Assembly (NCBI GenBank): GCA_002269645.1
Contig: NIVC01000985.1
Coordinates: 124,001 to 188,000 of the forward strand
DNA: 64,000 nt
DNA from: Macrostomum lignano
Lineage: Eukaryota
Reading direction: 5' to 3'
The notes beneath the pieces are model-generated. The model made no database searches and was not told the origin of the DNA. It saw only the letters and a list, made by a program, of their open reading frames with translations. Shown here one piece after another: positions 35,889 through 48,760 of this stretch. Position 1 is the stretch's first letter. Each line of letters opens with the position of its first letter. Both the position numbers and the translations under genes were made by a program.

Positions 35889-36410
35889 GTGAACTGTCTC
35901 TGCTGCAGGTTTGGACGATTTGCGCGAAAATTGATCAACCCGCTGCCCCTCTCGCAGGCTCAGAAACGTCTTTCTGAACCAAAATCGGAAGGAACCAAAA
36001 TCCTCGTCATGACCTTTGCCGGCCATGGCTACCTCGCCTGGCACTGCTTCCTCCAAGGCGACTTTGAGAGTGAACTTTGCCCTTTTTGCGAGTACGACAA
36101 TGAAGATGCTCAGCACTTTGTTTGTCACTGTCCTTTCTTCACCAGAGACCGGCTGTGTTACCTCGGGCCGAACCCGTCCATTTACGAGGTCTGCCAGCCC
36201 GAAAGCATCCCACGGCTCATCCAGCTCCTCCGGGCGACAAGACGAGCCACTTTCTTCTCAACGGAAGATCACGCTGCAGGACGGACCGGCGGACCACCCT
36301 GACCAGCCCCACGCCTCTGCCTGTCTGCAGGCTTTCAGGGGCTAGCGGAGTGGGCGACCCTCGCCTCCCCGCTGTATCTACGGACCACCCTGCAGCTAAG
36401 TCAAAAGTAA
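35889..36410 (+). mobile_element. 5'-truncated non-LTR retrotransposon (I/R1/LOA group): ORF2 C-terminus plus 3'UTR
   Basis: CRFGRFARKL...KILVMTFAGHGYLAWH...CPFCEYDNEDAQHFVCHC...DRLCYLG gives the GH motif plus a CX2CX8HX4C zinc knuckle typical of LINE ORF2 ends. No RT domain is seen upstream. Confidence 0.75.
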
Positions 36411-37579
36411 CACCCGCTGCATTTTAGAGACGTTCATCAGTGAGTTCCTATTTAACAAGCCTGCATGGCAGCATAGTGTCGCAAGCCTGTCAATGTCAAA
36501 TGCCTCGTTATCTAGTTAGACGCTGGCCTATTGAAAAAAAACAATAAAAACATTTAACCAACCACTTTTGAACTCACTCCGTTGAGTTGTCGGCCATGCT
36601 TTCCAGTGCAAAAAATTATTAGAAATGCAGCTTCAGAGAGGCAGAGGCCTGTTTGTGAACTTTCGGTTCAATATGTTAAGGAAATCCGAGTGGCAAAGGC
36701 TGGCCAGGGTCTCGTCCCGCCCTGCTTTGTATTGCCCATCCGACTGGTCAAAACTTCTCCCATTGGGCGAGCCGGGCAGCCAGTCAGATCGAAAGAGGAA
36801 AGATCGACAAATTTATCTGCTTTGTCGTTAGTTGCAGGAGATTTCTACGGACTTAGCTTTAGGTACAGATGTGACGTTGCGGATATCTTAGACTTAAGCA
36901 GCATGCTATGCCTTTTCAAAGGACTTTTGACGGAGGTAATTAAAAAACTTTGGCAACCTCCTTAACCACTGTACATAATTCTCCCAACCGCAATGTTCAT
37001 AGCAGCTATTCCATTGTCTGAATATCCTTGAAGAGTCTGGCTGAAATGCATAATTTAGATCTCTTAGATGACGCTCTCCTTCCGAAATGGTAAGCTTGAG
37101 AGAAACTTAATTCGAATAAGCAATCGATCAAGTCGCTTTAATCGATTGATATGGCGTCGAATTTCTTTGAATATTTCCACGGATAAACTTTAAGTTTTGA
37201 GCTGTTCCTAAATTAAAGTTACCGAAGAATTTATGGGTCGGAGAATATACTCGTAGCTCGAATTGGAAGTCGTCTTTTTCGAGAGCTTTCAATTCATCAT
37301 CCATGTCGTGGACTTCTAGCAGTGGCTAATTTAAAAAATCCACGTTGCACGCGCGAGTTATTAGTATCAATGTATAAATTTAAGTACCACCGAGAAACTA
37401 AATTCATCCAATGCTTATACTTTTTAAAAAGTTCTGATTTATTGCTGTGATATCTTGAAGGAATGCACAAGTGCGATTTTGAATCCAGAATTAGTAACTT
37501 ATTATCTTAAGCAAAAAATCTCATCAATCAATGAGGTGATAAGGCATACAAAATGGCGTTTGTGTCTATGTTTTTGGAG

Positions 37580-38710
37580 TCAGACAGTGAGGGCAGCTTG
37601 TGTCTATGGTGCTTGAGTCAGACAGTGAGGGCAGATTGTGTCTATGGTGCTTGAGTCAGACAGTGAGGGCAGATTGTGTCTATGGTGCTTGAGTCAGACA
37701 GTGAGGGCAGATTGTGTCTATGGTGCTTGAGTCAGACAGTGAGGGAAGATTGTGTCTATGGTGCTTGAGTCAGACAGTGAGGGCAGATTGTGTCTATGGT
37801 GCTTGAGTCAGACAGTGATGGCAGATTGTGTCTATGGTGCTTGAATCAGACAGTGAGTGCAGATTGTGTCTATGGTGCTTGAGTCAGACAGTGATGGCAG
37901 ATTGTGTCTATGGTGCTTGAGTCAGACAGTGAGGGCAGATTGTGTCTATGGTGCTTGAGTCAGACAGTGATGGCAGATTGTGTCTATGGTGCTTGAGTCA
38001 GACAGTGAGGGCAGATTGTGTCTATGGTGCTTGAGTCAGACAGTGATGGCAGATTGTGTCTATGATGCTTGAGTCAGACAGTGATGGCAGATTGTGTCTA
38101 TGGTGCTTGAGTCAGACAGTGATGGCAGATTGTGTCTATGGTGCTTGAGTCAGACAGTGAGGGCAGATTGTGTCTATGATGCTTGAGTCAGACAGTGATG
38201 GCAGATTGTGTCTATGGTGCTTGAGTCAGACAGTGAGGGCAGATTGTGTCTATGGTGCTTGAGTCAGACAGTGAGGGCAGATTGTGTCTATGATGCTTGA
38301 GTCAGACAGTGATGGCAGATTGTGTCTATGGTGCTTGAGTCAGACAGTGAGGGCAGATTGTGTCTATGATGCTTGAGTCAGACAGTGATGGCAGATTGTG
38401 TCTATGATGCTTGAGTCAGACAGTGAGGGCAGATTGTGTCTATGATGCTTGAGTCAGACAGTGAGGGCAGATTGTGTCTATGGTGCTTGAGTCAGACAGT
38501 GAGGGCAGATTGTGTCTATGATGCTTGAGTCAGACAGTGATGGCAGATTGTGTCTATGGTGCTTGAGTCAGACAGTGATGGCAGATTGTGTCTATGGTGC
38601 TTGAGTCAGACAGTGAGGGCAGATTGTGTCTATGATGCTTGAGTCAGACAGTGATGGCAGATTGTGTCTATGGTGCTTGAGTCAGACAGTGATGGCAGAT
38701 TGTGTCTAAT
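37580..38710. repeat. 38-bp minisatellite, about 29-30 units
   Basis: Tandem TGTCTATG(G/A)TGCTTGAGTCAGACAGTGA(G/T)GGCAGATTG. Confidence 0.97.
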
Positions 38711-39167
38711 GTCTAAGAAAAAATGAATCATTGTCTATGATGAGACCATATGCACAATCACATTGTCTTATGGCTACATTTTAGTCGCTTAAATATTGAT
38801 TTCAAAGCGGGGACTGTTAGCGTATCAATGACCACCGCTCAATAGTAGGCCATAAACATTTAAACAGATTATTAGTCACACGACAATAGCCTTTATTCAG
38901 TGCAAGTGCACTGAGTCCACGATTACTGCGTTTATTATTGAGAAGCTTTGCGATTTCACCTGCCTGTCTTGAGCCTAAAAACCGTTGAATGTCACAACTA
39001 AGCTCAGCTAAATTTTTGTACTTTATTTAGCTTAATTAATGGTCATGGTCAAAATGGCAAAACAGCTTCTAAAAATGATTTTAGACTCAAGCCTCAAGAC
39101 TTGAGACTCAAGGTAACTGCGCATAATTTCTCATTTCTGCCACGTTTTAGAGTGACAGCTGTTTTAC

Positions 39168-40005
39168 AGATGCGTTGCAGATGTGTTGCAGATGTGTTGC
39201 AGATGTGTTGCAGATGTGTTGCAGATGTGTTGCAGATGTGTTGCAGATGTGTTGCAGATGTGTTGCAGATGTGTTGCAGATGTGTTGCAGATGTGTTGCA
39301 GATGTGTTGCAGATGTGTTGCAGATGTGTTGCAGATGTGTTGCAGATGTGTTGCAGATGTGTTGCAGATGTGTTGCAGATGTGTTGCAGATGTGTTGCAG
39401 ATGTGTTGCAGATGTGTTGCAGATGTGTTGCAGATGTGTTGCAGATGTGTTGCAGATGTGTTGCAGATGTGTTGCAGATGTGTTGCAGATGTGTTGCAGA
39501 TGTGTTGCAGATGTGTTGCAGATGTGTTGCAGATGTGTTGCAGATGTGTTGCAGATGTGTTGCAGATGTGTTGCAGATGTGTTGCAGATGTGTTGCAGAT
39601 GTGTTGCAGATGTGTTACAGATGTGTTGTAGATGTGTTGCAGATGTGTTGCAGATGTGTTGCAGATGTGTTGCAGATGTGTTGCAGATGTGTTGCAGATG
39701 TGTTACAGATGTGTTGTAGATGTGTTGCAGATGTGTTGCAGATGTTTTGCAGATGTGTTGCAGATGTGTTGCAGATGTGTTGCAGATGTGTTGCAGCTGT
39801 GTTGCAGATGTGTTGCAGATGTGTTGCAGATGTGTTGCAGATGTGTTACAGATGTGTTGTAGATGTGTTGCAGATGTGTTGCAGATGTGTTGCAGATGTG
39901 TTGCAGTTGTGTTGCAGATGTGTTGCAGCTGTGTTGCAGATGTGTTGCAGATGTGTTGCAGCTGTGTTGCAGATGTGTTGCAGATGTGTTGCAGATGTGT
40001 TGCAA
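39168..40005. repeat. 11-bp minisatellite
   Basis: (GCAGATGTGTT)n. Confidence 0.97.
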
Positions 40006-40584
40006 CTGCGTTGAAAAGTGTTAAAAATTCTCGACACATCAAAAAGCCTCGCAGCCAGAACCCCGGATCCCCCAGAAAGTGCATAAGTAGACAGCCAGCT
40101 CTTCAAATTTGGCAATTGATTTTTTGAAAAAGTCTCTACAAGCCAAATCTAACAGCAAGAGCTGGCAGTCCTCAAATGTGATTCTGGGATCCGTCTGCAC
40201 GCCAGGCCACAGTCAGTCATGCAGCCGATCCTAGAGATACTCACACAGCACGCTAGCTGAAAATTTCTAACATTTTTATAACAGCTGTAGCTTTTAGAAA
40301 TAATTCCCATTAATGCTATCATAAAACTTCCCATAAATATTAACATCGCTGTAAAGTTGGTAAACGCTTATTCAAGAAGCCCAAAAATGATTGGAAATAA
40401 ACAAGTTCTCAATGAGTTCATATTTAATTTTGATTGAATAAAGAAATTTCGTCAGCATACTACTGCGAGTAAAACCACAGGGGTCGACTTACTGTGACAA
40501 AATAAATAGAGTACACTCTAGGAAATTTACAAATGCGGGAAATACTTCATAAAACATACTGCAAAAGACAGGTGGTGATGCGGA

Positions 40585-41230
40585 TAGATATTCTGATAGC
40601 TCTGGAGGTGGATAGATGTCCTGGTAGTTCTGGAGGTGGATAGATGTCCTGGTAGCTCTGGAGGTGGATAGATGTCCTGGTAGCTCTGGAGGTGGATAGA
40701 TGTCCTGGTAGCTCTGGAGGTGGATAGATGTCCTGGTAGCTCTGGAGGTGGATAGATACCCTGGTAGACAGATATCCAGATAGCTCTGGAGGTGGATAGA
40801 TACCCTGGTAGATAGATATCCTGATAGCTCTGGAGGTGGATAGATACCCTGGTAGACAGATATCCAGATAGCTCTGGAGGTGGATAGATACCCTGGTAGA
40901 TAGATATCCAGATAGCTCTGGAGGTGGATAGATACCCTGGTAGACAGATATCCAGATAGCTCTGGAGGTGGATAGATACCCTGGTAGACAGATATCCAGA
41001 TAGCTCTGGAGGTGGATAGATACCCTGGTAGACAGATATCCAGATAGCTCTGGAGGTGGATAGATACCCTGGTAGACAGATATCCAGATAGCTCTGGAGG
41101 TGGATAGATACCCTGGTAGACAGATATCCAGATAGCTCTGGAGGTGGATAGATACCCTGGTAGACAGATATCCAGATAGCTCTGGAGGTGGATAGATACC
41201 CTGGTAGATAGACATCCTGGTAGCTCTGGA
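40585..41230. repeat. Compound 28-bp / 44-bp minisatellite
   Basis: GTAGCTCTGGAGGTGGATAGATGTCCTG units grade into ATAGCTCTGGAGGTGGATAGATACCCTGGTAGACAGATATCCAG units. Confidence 0.93.
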
Positions 41231-41611
41231 GTATCGATGAAAATTGAAGTCAATGTTTGCGGGACAGAAAATATTTAATTTTATTAAAACCTAGCGATAG
41301 ATGAAGATCTTTTTAACCGTTGACAGGTAAGCTTGATAAATATTCAGTGATCAGTTTTACACTGGGAGCAATGCTTTCATCAACTTTTACTTTTAGAATG
41401 TCTGTTCTAGCTCGTACAAACTGAGTCGCTGCCGTATTTGCATAATTCGAGCCTGTGCGCTTACTCAATTACTAGTAGTAATGCCGTTATACGTGCAGCT
41501 ATTGAATTTTGCGTCTCAATATCATGTGCCACCATCCCCAGCAAGACCCGCGCTGATTGGACAGCTGGGCCCAGTCAATGGCGATGGAACTGGCGTCATG
41601 AAAGCTGTGGC

Positions 41612-41634
41612 TGCTTTTTTATTTTTCCATTTAG
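41612..41634 (+). promoter_or_regulatory. Strong splice acceptor 58 nt upstream of the amine-receptor ATG
   Basis: TGCTTTTTTATTTTTCCATTTAG|CC. Confidence 0.5.
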
Positions 41635-41692
41635 CCTCTGTAGAGAGCCTCAGTGTTGCAGAGCGCCGCAGACATCAGCAAAAGCAGAAACC

Positions 41693-42423
41693 ATGTCCGA
41701 AAATCAGGAAGTCAGCACCGTGCTGCCGATGCCAGTGCTGAGCTCCGTGCCCGTGGAGAAATGGCTGGCCGTACCGCTGATGAGCATCGTCATCCTGCTG
41801 ACTGTGGTCGGCAATATCCTTGTCATCCTCGCCGTGTTCACCTACCGGGAGCTCCGGCAGGCGCAGAACTTTCTCATCGTTAGCTTGGCTTGCGCCGACA
41901 TGGCGGTTGGCCTCCTGGTGCTGCCGCTGCAGGTCAAAGTCTACCTGACCAACGACGTCTGGCTACTGCCGGACATTGTGTGCACCGTGTTCACCACTTC
42001 GGACATTTTCTTCTGCACGGCCAGCATCTTGAACCTCGCGGCCATCGCTGTGGATCGCTACTGCGCCATCAAGTATCCGATTCTGTACGCCAGCAAGCGG
42101 ACGATGACCACCGTGCTGATTATGATTGCCGCCGTCTTCGGCCTCAGCGGCGCCATCAGCGTCGGGCCGTGCTGAGCTGGGGCTCAGCCAGAGGCTCAGG
42201 TGTTCCTAACGGCACCGACTCTGTCGATCGCTGCCAGCTTCCCAACGACAAAGGCTACATCGTGTTCAGCGCTCTTGGCAGCTTCTATATCCCCGCTGTG
42301 ATCATCGTGTCGCTGTACATCAGCATCTTTTTTGCTCTCCGACGTCGGCTCAAAAAGCGAGCGGCCGCGTCAGCGGCTGGGCGACTCACCCGGCTGCCGT
42401 CGGCTCACAACGCGCCGAATCCG
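41693..42423 (+). CDS. Oct-TyrR: Tyramine/octopamine (Oct-TyrR/TAR1-type) receptor, exon 1 (TM1-TM5); 1-nt frameshift at about 42167-42170
   Basis: MSENQE start; LTVVGNILVILAV, QNFLIVSLACAD, TSDIFFCTASILNLAAIAVDRY (amine-binding D3.32). After the frame change: CQLPNDKGYIVFSALGSFYIP. Donor CCG|GTGAGT. Confidence 0.88.
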
Positions 42424-42482
42424 GTGAGTTCAAATGATTTTTACCGGACTTTGACAACATAAGAGAAAGTCGAAAATAAAGT

Positions 42483-43015
42483 ATGACACAAATTGTAGCT
42501 AGTCTAACACAAATTGTAGCTAGTCTGACGCAAATTGTAGCTAATCTGACACAAATTGTAGCTAATCTGACACAAATTGTAGCTAGTCTGACGCAAATTG
42601 TAGCTAATCTGACACAAATTGTAGCTAGTCTAACACAAATTGTAGCTAATCTGACACAAATTGTAGCTAGTCTGAGACTAACTGTAGCTAATCTGACACA
42701 AATTGTAGCTAGTCTGACACAAACTGTAGCTAATCTGACACAAATTGTAGCTAGTCTGAGACTAACTGTAGCTAATCTGACACAAACTGTAGCTAATCTG
42801 ACACAAACTGTAGCTAATCTGACACAAATTGTAGCTAGTCTGAGACTAACTGTAGCTAATCTGACACAAACTGTAGCTAATCTGACACAAACTGTAGCTA
42901 ATCTGACACAAATTGTAGCTAGTCTGAGACTAACTGTAGCTAATCTGACACAAACTGTAGCTAATCTGACACAAATTGTAGCTAGTCTGACGCAAATTGT
43001 AGCTAGCCTGACCTA
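42483..43015. repeat. 21-bp minisatellite at the start of the receptor intron
   Basis: Tandem CTGACACAAA(T/C)TGTAGCTA(A/G)T. Confidence 0.95.
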
Positions 43016-44829
43016 GGAGACAGACAAACTGACGCAGACTGTAGCCAGTCTGACGCTAGTTTAAATTAGTCTGACAAAGACCTAGCCCGATACAAATGCA
43101 TGGCTAAAAAAAGCTTTTTCTTGAGTGCTAGAGTCTGGTTAACAGTGGATAGGCAACCATAACCATCCTCTGTTGTTTTCATACCCTCTAATTTCTCTGT
43201 CTCAAATTCCCTAAAACGAGAAGATAGGACGCGATGGAACGCGGTATGCAATAAGAGCTATCCGAAATCAATGTCGCTAGAACTCCATGAGCAGCGAGTA
43301 GGGATCTGCCTATCCTAGTCTTTCCTCTCATAAGCGAAGCTTGAAGTGGCGTCTTGCACTGCTACTTCGTTGAGCTGTACTGTAAATATACAGCGAAGGT
43401 TGCCTGAAGGCGAGCTTATCAAAGCGTCTTTAATACAAGCCTAGCCAACATGACGAAGGCCCAGACTCACAGTCGCATCAGCTCACTGCGCTCTCTATTT
43501 TTCTGCTTTTCTAAGTTACTAAAGCATTCAGAGTACTCTTGAGGTTGAACACTCAACGGGGTTTTTCTCTAGAAACAATCGCTCCAAAAATACGTAGACA
43601 TCGGCTTTTTCGCATGGAGTAAGCGCACTCTACCGTTTTTAGCGCGCGGGTTCGGGGTAAGTGAGGATAGGAATAGGAATTAGGCTTGAGGATAGGTTTA
43701 GTGTAGTGGACTAGCTCTAAGCCCCTCATCGGGGTTGAACAGCAGAAAATAGAATTTTTTGCTTCCGTGCTATGTATATTTTCACAACTCACTGGGCGTA
43801 AAATGAGTAGTACGAGTACTTGCTTATTTACACTGCTCTTTATAACCTGTTTGTTTTGCTCGGGATGCCTAATATTTGTTTAACTTGGCGAGTTTCTAGA
43901 AGCCTTGCATCGAAAGTTGAGTCTCCGGTCAGTGGGAATTGATTCAGCAAGTCGTGCAACAGCGAAGTTTTTATCTGAGCTAAAAAAATAGATCAGCGCT
44001 TTGAGAAGGCTGCGACGTATGTTTATCCGGGAGCTTCATCAACACTGGCATCTCACACAGCAGTCACTTCTGCTGTGTCCGCGCCTGTCCTGCGAGGAAG
44101 ATTAGCGGAGGTCAGCGGAAGGCTGCCAAGGCTGCTTCGAAAGCCGATTATATCTCAATCTCGCGCGGATGACAGGAAATATTTCACCCCAGGCCTATAA
44201 AGAGAAAAAACACATTTTCCCTCAGGGCGTTGGCGATAGTAGAGGCCGTGGCTCGGGTATTGAAGGCGTTTTATTTTGTTGGATAATTAGCTGCGGCAAA
44301 GGCGAACGGATGGCGATCCGAGCTTTGTACCTCTATCCCACCCTGGAAGCCAGGACGAGCTAAAACTGTAGAGAAGAGGGCAAAAGCCGAGTTTTCACTT
44401 TTTTGGATGAAGCAAAAATCTGATAAGCTCGTCAGCTCATCTTTTAGTAACTACCGCGTATTTCCTTAATTTTGTTGTCCCCGCAGGACTAGCGTTAATT
44501 GGGGGGGAGTCCATCGTGCCACTCCAGAAAGATGAAGATTTTTTAGCCATTAGAACACTGACTTCAGTAAAAATCTACCTTATTAGGTAAAATCCTGGCT
44601 TTTTATTGTTACCAGGCGGTCAAATCAAAGCCCAAAAAATCTATGTGGATTTATGGGCTTACAGGAATGTATTTCAACCATGCATTAATTTTGGTGTTGA
44701 TTTTTACTATTTCTTGCGAGAAAGATACGTACCAATGATAACTAGGCTGGAACACTGAAATTCGAGAGGCCATAACAAGATGACTCTCTCAGCATTCGTC
44801 CCACTTCTCATCTCTCTCAACACTTACCT

Positions 44830-45340
44830 CACCCCACTCCCCGTCTATCTCAGCACCCACCCCCATTCCCTGTCTCTCTCAGCACCCACCACTCTCCCTG
44901 TCTCTCTCAGCACCCACCACTCTCCCTGTCTCTCTCAGCACCCACCCCACTCCCTGTCTCTCTCAGCACCCACCACTCTTCCCGTCTCTCTCAGCACCCA
45001 CTTCACTCCCTGTCTCTCTCAGCACCCACCCCCACTCCCTGTCTCTCTCAGCACCCACCCCACTCCCTATCTCTCTCAGCACCCACCCCCACTCCCTGTC
45101 TCTCTCAGGACCCACCCCACTCCCTGTCTCTCTCAGCACCCACCCCACTCCCTGTCTCTCTCAGCACCCACCCCACTCCCTGTCTCTCTCAGCACCCACC
45201 CACTCCCTGTCTCTCTCAGCACCCACCCCACTCCCTGTCTCTCTCAGCACCCACCCACTCCCTGTCTCTCTCAGCACCCACCCCACTCCCTGTCTCTCTC
45301 AGCACCCACCCCACTCCCTGTCTCTCTCAGCACCCACCCC
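44830..45340. repeat. About 28-bp C-rich minisatellite
   Basis: Tandem CTCCCTGTCTCTCTCAGCACCCACCCCA with length variants. Confidence 0.93.
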
Positions 45341-48300
45341 GCTCCTCATTTTTCCAAGGCACACCCAATCAACTCTAATCCCAGAAAAAGTGTTTCAAGT
45401 GCTTTTGCTAGAATTCCTTAGAAGGAAGAGAGCATCGGAGCTTAACGCTAATCCGATAATTTTCAGGAACGGGAATAGAGCTCAATTAGTAGTGTTCTCG
45501 CTATCATTTTTGCGACAAAGCCCAGAAAAGTACAGAGCAGCTCTATTTTCAAGCCCACCTATTCCAAAGCCCTTGCACTTTTTATCGACAATCGCCTCGA
45601 GCTGGTTGAAAAATAGCTAGCTAATAGAACAACAAATCAGGATAAATCTGGGCGAAAAGTCAGGTTGAGCAGACAACTATGAGTCGTCCCAAACATCGCT
45701 CTCTCTTGATTCACAAAAATCCATTTATTATTATTCCATTTAGATAGGAAAGTGAGATTGTTCGGCAGCATCCGCTAGCAGGAGCTGTGCTGCTTACCTT
45801 CATTAGATGGCCGAAATTTCAGTCCAGAAAAGATTGAATCGCTGCAAACTTACAGTCGCCATATTGAACTATAATTATTTCCTAGGCTAGGCTGGAGAAT
45901 TTAAGTTAGGCTCACTATTAGGCATCCTTAAGGAAAATCTTAGTTGATGGCAAGAACTTTTAAACAAAAGTTTCGTAAACATAAAAAACTCTTAATGGTA
46001 AATCAATGCAGACGTCAATTTTAGGACTAAAGAGATCCTGCCGTGTCCTTCATTGTTATTTTACTGGTTTTCTAAGAGTTATTTATTTACGGACTTTCAT
46101 AACACTTGCAGTACTCAATGTTTGTGGAATATTTATAACTTTTATATTAATTTTTAGGCCGATGTCAAATTCAGGGCTGCTGTAGCACACCCGTGTGTCC
46201 GTGTGCTCAATAGCGCTAAACATATCATTAACAGTAAAAATTTCTAATGCGAATTTGTTAATAAGTTAATCAAAAATGTCTCAACTCAAGTCTGTTAACG
46301 TTACTAAAAAAATCTTTAACGCTTTTTAACGGTCTGTTGCCCAGCACTTGCTAGACTCAGCCGCATCGAGGAAATCTTCCATAAGTGCGGAAAAGTTACC
46401 TGAAATTACGTCTTAGTCAACCGCTAACTTGTATTCTTGTATCGAAGTGGGGCGCAATGACACTTGAAAAAAACCGGGTGGGAGAAGAACCTTGATTTGC
46501 TAGAGTCGACCAGGCAGTCCTGAAATCCCAAGAAGCTGTTCACCCCGCCTGGCCACCCGCGGTAAGTGTCTACAGCCGCTCCGGCCATCGATCTGATGAG
46601 TGCAAATCGAGCACAAAACCGTTTGCCCGAAAGAAGAATTTTCAGCTTGCTCTTGTCCTCGTCTTTTTGCGCTTGAATGCTTTGACTTGACCTGACTTGG
46701 CTACATAGTTCGAAGTTCGTTGACTGGATAGCGAGTCGAGCTGACAGCCTCATAAAAACTTTTTACGCCTTTTTGAAGCACTTTCTGCAAGTAGGAAGAA
46801 ATATATTAGCATTTGAATCGGGTGCTCCACCCGGTTTCTTCAGCAAGAAACTCCAGAATCGACTGCCTCCAAGCGTTCAGCTAAAAGGACAGTCAAGTCA
46901 GTATAGCCGGAAGATTTTAAAGAAGAGATTACGCTAACGAAGACCCCATAGCCTCAAAGGGTGATGCGAATGATAACTAGAATAATTTTCCTCTGCTCAG
47001 TCAGTTGCTCGGTTAATTTAAGTACCGGAAGCGTTCTCTGAGAACCCTTTGAACAAACTTCCTCTAACACAAGGGCGGAAGTTTTCAAGGAAGGAGAGGC
47101 CGCTTGAGAAGAGAGTACGGTGCGAAAAAGTCAGCGGGAAACTGGCCTTCCCCCAATGGAAAATTAATGCAAGAGCATAGGAGAGGAACTCGCCGGCTCT
47201 CAACGAATAGGATTAGTGTGCCGCTGGGTCTAGTGGGGAATCACAGCCCTGCAAAGTGGCCGGGAGGCAGGGCGGGGTTTAACAAACGCAATTTTTTATC
47301 GCACACGAACAACTTATAGGGCAGACCAGCAGGAGTACTAGACTGGGAGGGAGAGCTGCGGAGCAACTACTTTGCTTCTATATAGGACTCAAGCACTGTC
47401 TGCTCCCAGTGCCAGTATGCCCCCCTGATCCTCGGCTCCGACGCCAACCACCCCGTGGAATCTCGAACCCAAAGCAAGTCGGGGCATAGAATGAAAAGGC
47501 GCGGGGGTCGGCGAATCAAGCGGGCTTCCTGCGTCCGTTTTTTTCCCCCTGAAGCGAAGCGAGCGAGGGGGCGCTTGAGAAGATGGTGAGAAATGGGAGT
47601 CTGCAGCTTCCTTCCTATCTTCAACTATGCCGCCCTCTCCAGCCTGCGTCAAGCTTTTCTCCCTATCTATCCGGGGTGGAGCCAGTTAATTGGATGAGGA
47701 CACACGCCTCGCTCACTCTCTTCTCTGGCTCCTCTGCTTGCCTCCTCCTCCGCCCATCTCCCCCCTTTTTTCCGCCCGGTCTCTTGTCTCTCTCTCTCAT
47801 CCTTCTATTAGCGGCACTGAATGCTTCGTCGAGGCTCTTCAGCAGCCGTCGAGAGCGGCCGGCAGGGCGCCTCCACCTCCGGTCGGACATTTATAAGGCC
47901 GCCCACTCTTTTTCCTCCTCCTTGTGCTCCAAGCACACTTGGCGGTAGATGAGGTCTGAAGTACGTGGCGCTGCTTCTGCAAAATGCGGAAGCCAAAATC
48001 ACGGCTCCCGAGGTAGTTTCGAGTCTTTAATTTTTAATCTTCATTTACTTAAAATGAAGACACCAGCTTTGCTACTCACCTGTGTCTCAGAAAGCTTTTC
48101 TCAATAATTTATGCTTGACAAGAAAAATGTGCATCCAAAATTCATACCGCGTATCCAATTCTATCTATAGAGTCAGCACAAGTATCTTTGTAATAAAATT
48201 GGTGCATGCAGGTACTCTTAGATTGGCTTTAAGCTAGGCCTAAGCTTAAAAAATGATATTGACAAGCATTGTCTACATTTAATTATTTAAAAAGGTCTAG

Positions 48301-48669
48301 GAATAGCTACTAATATGCATTTAAATGAAACTATTGCTGACAATAGCGGCTTAGGAGTGCCTGTATGCAGGTTTTTTAAAGCAAATATACTTTATTCAAG
48401 AAGAAGCAGAACAGATATTTCACTTTTGAGCATTTAAAAAATTTCGGCTGGGCTTATGAAATGAAAAGAAAACCATATGAAAATGAAACTTTCTACATTA
48501 AATACAACAGAGTAACATGTTGTATGTGCTAAATTAAGAGAATGGTAATTTTCACTGCCCCAGATCAAATGCAATCATTGATTTTGGGATGAAACAAAAA
48601 TTTTTCTTGTCTCCGCCACAAAAAATATACGATTTTTTTTGTTTTACATTCTTTTATGCTACTGCGGTC

Positions 48670-48760
48670 AAGGGGGGCCAGCGGTCTAGCGCAGCTGCTC
48701 TGGTGTGCCAGCGACCCAGGCTCGATTCCAAGTGCAGCCACATTAATTTGGGGCTGAATT
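48670..48760 (+). mobile_element. Degenerate tRNA-like SINE head
   Basis: A-box-like GGCCAGCGGT and B-box-like GGCTCGATTCC (48719-48729), with tRNA-like spacing. Confidence 0.35.

Noticed and set aside
3898-42180. Programmed ribosomal frameshifting in ELP2 and the two GPCRs
   Set aside because: I saw no slippery heptamer or stimulatory structure at the shift sites, and the gap-flank duplicate shows that this sequence contains single-base losses.
44461-44500. Strong acceptor inside the tyramine-receptor intron as an extra coding exon
   Set aside because: In the required phase 0 it reads GAC TAG, and the two identified exons already join in frame.
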